A stretch of DNA of 64,000 nt from Hemiscyllium ocellatum (lineage: Eukaryota), in contig NW_026867476.1 of the NCBI RefSeq assembly GCF_020745735.1, positions 124,001 to 188,000 of the forward strand, read 5' to 3'. This document shows, piece by piece, positions 58,908-64,000 of the stretch. Made by a program: the position numbers and the translations under genes. Within the stretch, counting starts at the first letter, position 1, and each line of letters opens with the position of its first letter. The notes beneath the pieces were generated by a model. That model did no database searches and had not been told where the DNA came from. It worked only from the letters and a program-made list of their open reading frames with translations.

Positions 58908-61171
58908 AAGAGAGAACATATCAAAGTATAGCATCAAGAAAATAAACAGAAACATTCCTGTGTTTTGCATTTTCTCCTTTCAACAGAGGATGAATAAGTG
59001 ATGATGCTGAATGTCATCCTAAATATTCCTGTTCCCTGGTTTCTCGGGGTCGATCCCTACAAATATCTCCTGCCGGTGACACGGTTACTTTAAGCTGTGA
59101 TTATTCAGGGATCTGCCCGTATGCAGTTTACTGGTACTGTCAGTCCCTAGGACACTCTCCCAAATACACGATTCAAAGACAGACGTCAGGAGAGCAGAAT
59201 AAAGAAAATGGTGAAGGCATACGAATTTCTGCATCCATTGATCCTGCAGTGAAAATCGGTTGGTCAATGATCTCACAAAAACAAGCAAATGACTCCTCTA
59301 TGTATTATTATATACAGAGTCAGCACTCAGCACAGACAGTTGTATGCAGTACGGAGAGAGCTGCACAAAAACCTGAACACGCTGGGAATTACACATGGAG
59401 TTCACAGATCACTGAGAGAGCTCTCAGATAACCGATAAATTCGATGTCATTCAGTAAAATGGAGCCAAGTGGATGAGCACTGCCTCCACAAAACATCTCT
59501 CCCTGTGTCATACATGCTCAGTAACGGAATCTACACAATGCACTGCAGAAACATAGAACTTTGGAACATGAGTGAGCTTCGTGGACACTGTGAATAGATT
59601 TTGAATATGACCGAATAATCTTAAATTATTTGAATTATAGATGCGACTCCATCTTTATTCGTGAGTTACCAGACCTCATTATTATCTTGCTGATGCCTGT
59701 CAACTTAAATGCCATTCTGGCTATGACTCCATTATTACTTCCCCAGGTACTAAATATTACCTTACTCGCTCTATCTCATTCATCATTGTTTTTTTTTAAT
59801 TGAAACTAATGTTTATGCCAGTGTCACACGCTTATCGGATTCACACATTCAAAATGTTCTCTCTGGCATATTTTGGTTCTAAGTACGCTCTGATATGCTC
59901 ACTGTTTCAACAGACTCTGGTTGTAATGTATCTAGAACGTGCCTCCTTGATGAACATACTGAGAACACAATTATTAAATGCACGAGATCCTACCATTGGT
60001 TGTGCAATTGCAATGTTTAAGGAATCAGTTTCTGTCTCTAATTATTTTATAATTTCTGTCATTCCACAGTTATTTTACAAACAGTTCATTTATTTATTTC
60101 CATGAGACTAGATGGTGAATGAACTAATAGTATGTGTTAATGTTTATGCTTAGTTTCACTGCTTAATTTCTATCATTTTTGCTCACATTATGTCGCAACT
60201 GGTCTCTGTTTGTAATAAGCTACACCACATCTCTGTTTCTATTAAACCAGGCCCTATTTTAGTTGTTCTTTCTCTGCAGCGTGTTGATGGCACCATATAT
60301 TCACATACTATTTATTGGTTTCGATCGTGTGTGAAATCGTTTGGAACCTGGATAAAATGATACGCCATTCTTTTAATATTACAAGACCTCTGTCCCTCTG
60401 AAAACTGTAAATGGTTTAATCTCATTTGCTCATACACAACGATACGACGCTTCCTGCAATAAATTAACCATGCCTGTGTAGTCGATGAACTTGGCACTAT
60501 ACTTTGAAGCAAACTTCCAATCACTCCTTAACCTGATGTTTCTCTCGTTACATTAAGTATTGAAAATGGTCAACTGTTTTTGCAGCAGAAACGCTCGACA
60601 GAACCTTCAGCATTTGAACGCCTTCTTGCATTTGTGATTCATCGGACCAAATGAAGAATTTTTCAGATTCAACGTTACTTAAATTTGCATTTGATGGTCG
60701 GCACAATGTTGAGGTGGTTTGTTTGTTGAATGTGATTTTCCAAACCTTCAACTGTAAATTTATGGAAACGTTGAAAAAATGTTAAAATATTAGGCACTAA
60801 AACACATATAAGTGAAGCCAACGATGAAGTAAATTGACGCTTAAAATGAAGAAAAATCTGGGAAATGGCAGAAATGGGAAGAAGAAAGAGGCTCAACTAA
60901 GTATTTACCAGCAGCGGAATCAGTACTGAAAGACTCAACAACATATTTTGTGCATTGTGAGCCTGTCCCCGAAGGGAAATACAGTTATTCGCCTTGTTGG
61001 AAGGCATGAGCAGTGACGTAATCTCTTTGTTCAAAGAAATGTAAGTAAGCTGTGTGCTGTACCTTAATTGTCCCTCTTGCGACTATCACTCTGAATAAAT
61101 GAGGGGCCATTTGAATATGTCGCAGAGCAACCCTCCACAGCGACAACAACTCCTGCAGTTTCTGAACGAAG

Positions 61172-61241
61172 ATGCATGAGGCAGTCATTGCCCCCTTCTT
61201 TGTAATTTGCTATTCAATTCTCGCTGCTGTTGGTGGCCCTG
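61172..61241 (+). CDS. GPCR exon 1 (MHEAVIAPFFVICYSILAAVGGP + phase-1 G)
   Basis: ATG at 61172, 70 nt, donor G|GTAAGT at 61242; phase fits exon 2. Confidence 0.85.
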
Positions 61242-62149
61242 GTAAGTCACTGATTCTCGAAAAAATCGATTACCTTATCATGTATTTCCAGTTTATTTCC
61301 TTTCCTTCCAGGATTTGGTAGAATCTTTCCAATATGCAACTGTTAATTTTAAGGACCTTCAGTGGGAGTGGGTCTCTAATCTATATAATAAATTAGGAAA
61401 TAACATCTGTGCTCTGAAAAATAATCGTAAATTACTTCCAATTTCATTATAACGAAGGGAATTGTGCTCTTCAATTTTGCATGCTGTGCAGTTATAGAAA
61501 AAAGTAACTATGAGACGCTGAACTGAAATTTGTGGTGAATGACAATGCATGAACGTTAATGTGTAATATTGTCACAGACTAAGGTCCAGCCCAATTCGGT
61601 GAAATGCAATTTAGTTGATTGTAGGATGAATTGTTTATCACCGTGTCAGAATTTATACTATGTGCTCTGGAATGATGTAATCGGGTATTGAGTTCCCAAT
61701 GGACGATAACATTGTTTTGTTCAAATGAACGTCATAAGAAAAGAGCAGAAACCGAGCTGCTCAGGAGAATGTTCCATCAATTTGGGGACGGTGGGGTGGG
61801 GTTTACTCAATACACCTATAATCAACACAATTCGCGATATTAATTTGAGGAAGGAACAGAAGATAAAATAAGTTAACATGAGATTTCAGACAGATGTATG
61901 ATGTTACGGGAATGACCAGATGCTGGTGCTTCAGAAAAATTGAAGCATGTGATTGTGAAGGGTGAGACACCACTGGTGAGCAGCCGAAGTCGGTCAATAT
62001 TTATGGATTAAAGGTTGGCTATGCTTGCTATGAATAATTTCATGACAACCACATTATGCTGTTTATCCCGAATTGAACAATAGCTCCTGGCCTTAACTCA
62101 GTGACAGGAGAGCGATGTTTATTCCTGAGCTGATCACACTGACAGTTGA

Positions 62150-62270
62150 TGTGGAGATGCGGTGTTGGGTTGGAGTGGAGAAAGACAAAACTGACATGAC
62201 CCCAGGTTATAGCCCAATGGGTTTACTTGAAATAACAAGAATTTGAAGTGCTATTCCTTCGTCAGGTGCA
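62150..62270 (-). mobile_element. Decayed hammerhead-bearing short element in the GPCR intron
   Basis: Minus strand CAC-CTGACGA-A-GGAATAGCACTTC-AAATTCTT (GAAA lost); same family as 4250 and 11465. Confidence 0.6.
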
Positions 62271-62446
62271 TTGACAGATATTTGATGCTGCATGTGTTGA
62301 ACAACACTTGACAGTTATTTCAAAACAGGCAGAGACTCGGGTTGGCAGGTTTATGTTCAAAGACTGTTTCATAAAAAAAAATGCATATGTCAACAGCCGG
62401 TGCTTTGACTAATTCATTACTGTCACTCTCTTTTGATTTATCACAG

Positions 62447-63348
62447 CCAACTTGCTGGCGATCATAATTCTATCTCATGGAAGATGCGGTCTCTCCCGAT
62501 GCATCACCTACTACCTGGTGGCAATTGCGGTGAGTGACTTCCTTGTCATCACCAACGCAGTTATCCTCAATCGAATCAGCCGCTTCTATTTTCGGCAAAG
62601 TGTCTTGTCCACCACTCCTGTGTGCACTCTCAGTGTCATATTGGTCTATGCTACACTCGACTGTTCGGTCTGGCTGACAGTCGCCTTTACCATCGACCGT
62701 TTTGTGGCCATCTGCTATCAGAGACTGAAGACAAGATACTGCACCAAGAAAACTGCATCGCTCGTTATTGGAATGATCTGTGTCCTGAGTTGCATCAAGA
62801 ACGCTCCTTTCTACCTTGCATTCCAGCCCTTGTTCATTTTGGACGGGATACCCTGGTTTTGTAACGTCAAAGCAAACTTCTATACCTGGCCAGTCTGGCA
62901 GTTTCATGATTGGTTGTTTCGGGTCTTGAACCCTTTTCTCCCGTTCTTCCTCATTCTGTTGCTCAACGTCCTGACCATAAGACACATCCTAGCGGCCAAC
63001 AGGGCCCGCAGGAGGCTCTGTGGTGCTGCTAAGGGACAAGATCCAGAGATGGCTAATCGCCAGAGGTCCATTGCCTTACTTTTTGCCATCTCTTTAAGCT
63101 TCCTACTCATGTGGTCTCCTCTTCTCGTACATTTTATATATGTGCGGATTAAAGATGAGAGTTACTTTAGTGGGCTGGATTTCAGTGATCCGTTGTATAC
63201 CTTTGAAGAGACGACCAACACACTCCAGATACTTAGTTCTTGCAACAACGTCTTCATCTATATGGTCTCTCAGAACTTGTTTCGAAAGCAGATGAAGAAA
63301 ATTCTAATATACCCCTTTGTCACCCTCGCCAGGTCCTTTAAACGATGA
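62447..63348 (+). CDS. Class A 7-TM GPCR exon 2, GPR139/GPR142-like (spliced protein 323 aa)
   Basis: Acceptor ttttgatttatcacag|CC; uninterrupted ORF; TM3 FTIDRF, ECL2 Cys (WFC), TM7 SSCNNVFIY; 70+902 = 972 nt. Confidence 0.92.
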
Positions 63349-64000
63349 GGGATTTGGAAATCACTTCATTTTATTCTTTCTCATTAAAGTTGCCCAGCGT
63401 GCACAGCTCCCTCATGCATCCTGAAACAGCAATTTAATGGACAGAAACAAGATTCGTAACGTTATATAAAGCCCATTCCCCTGCTTAACAGACATCGAAG
63501 GCAAAGCCTGAGGGAATGCACAGCTATTGGAAATGATTTACTACTGGGCAAGAAGCGAACTTTTGATTTAGAACCACTCTCACTTCTCCCAATCTTCATT
63601 CGTCTACTCCAAGGCAGTATTTGTTTATTCATTATTTTCCCATACTGTTTTCTTATTTCTTTCATTTCCCCATCTCATCATTCCTTGTTCACAAACTTGC
63701 TTCCAGCCTTCCTTCATCATTGTCTGCCTGCTTGCTGTTCTTTCCTTTCATGGGGATATCTTATCTGCCCATCCCATTTTTCACATTTCGACAACCTGCG
63801 GAGTAATGTGATCGTCAAGAAGACACATAACCCAGTACATCTGTTTGAACTGTGTCCTTAGGAATGGTGTGTGCTGTTTATTGTTTAGTCTGCATCTTTT
63901 ACGTTTACTCTCCTGTTGATAAACCTCGGATTCTTGAACACAGTAACAACATAATCAGGTTCTTCTGCAGTGTCTGCATCAGAATTCTTTCTGCATGCTT

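Overview
Eukaryotic (vertebrate) genomic DNA, almost certainly from a shark. The evidence is HE1/V-SINE-type SINEs, HER1/CR1-type LINE fragments, KRAB-less MEKPWKC-type C2H2 zinc-finger genes and a GPR139-like receptor; an orectolobiform shark is my guess. About 19.1 kb (16067-35161) is a 52/53-bp satellite with nested ~3.0 kb and ~6.1-6.2 kb higher-order repeats. It sits inside one SINE copy, with the head at 35162-35305 and the tail at 15929-16066. Two smaller SINE copies (165-673, 38216-38710) show the same internal expansion, and an unexpanded reference copy lies at 58605-58907. Penelope-like fragments and short fold-back elements carry minimal hammerhead-ribozyme motifs; two keep all invariant core bases. 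Genes: an 11-finger C2H2 gene with a single homopolymer frameshift (41671-42598, minus strand), at least four zinc-finger pseudogene remnants, and an intact two-exon 323-aa class A GPCR (61172-63348). There is also a decayed fish-type (epsilon-like) endogenous retrovirus (about 44230-48420, minus strand) with RT and most of SU deleted, two CpG-island promoters, large (CA)- and (CT)-rich simple repeats, and three N gaps. All family assignments come from motif recognition by eye, not database searches. Repeat boundaries are approximate.
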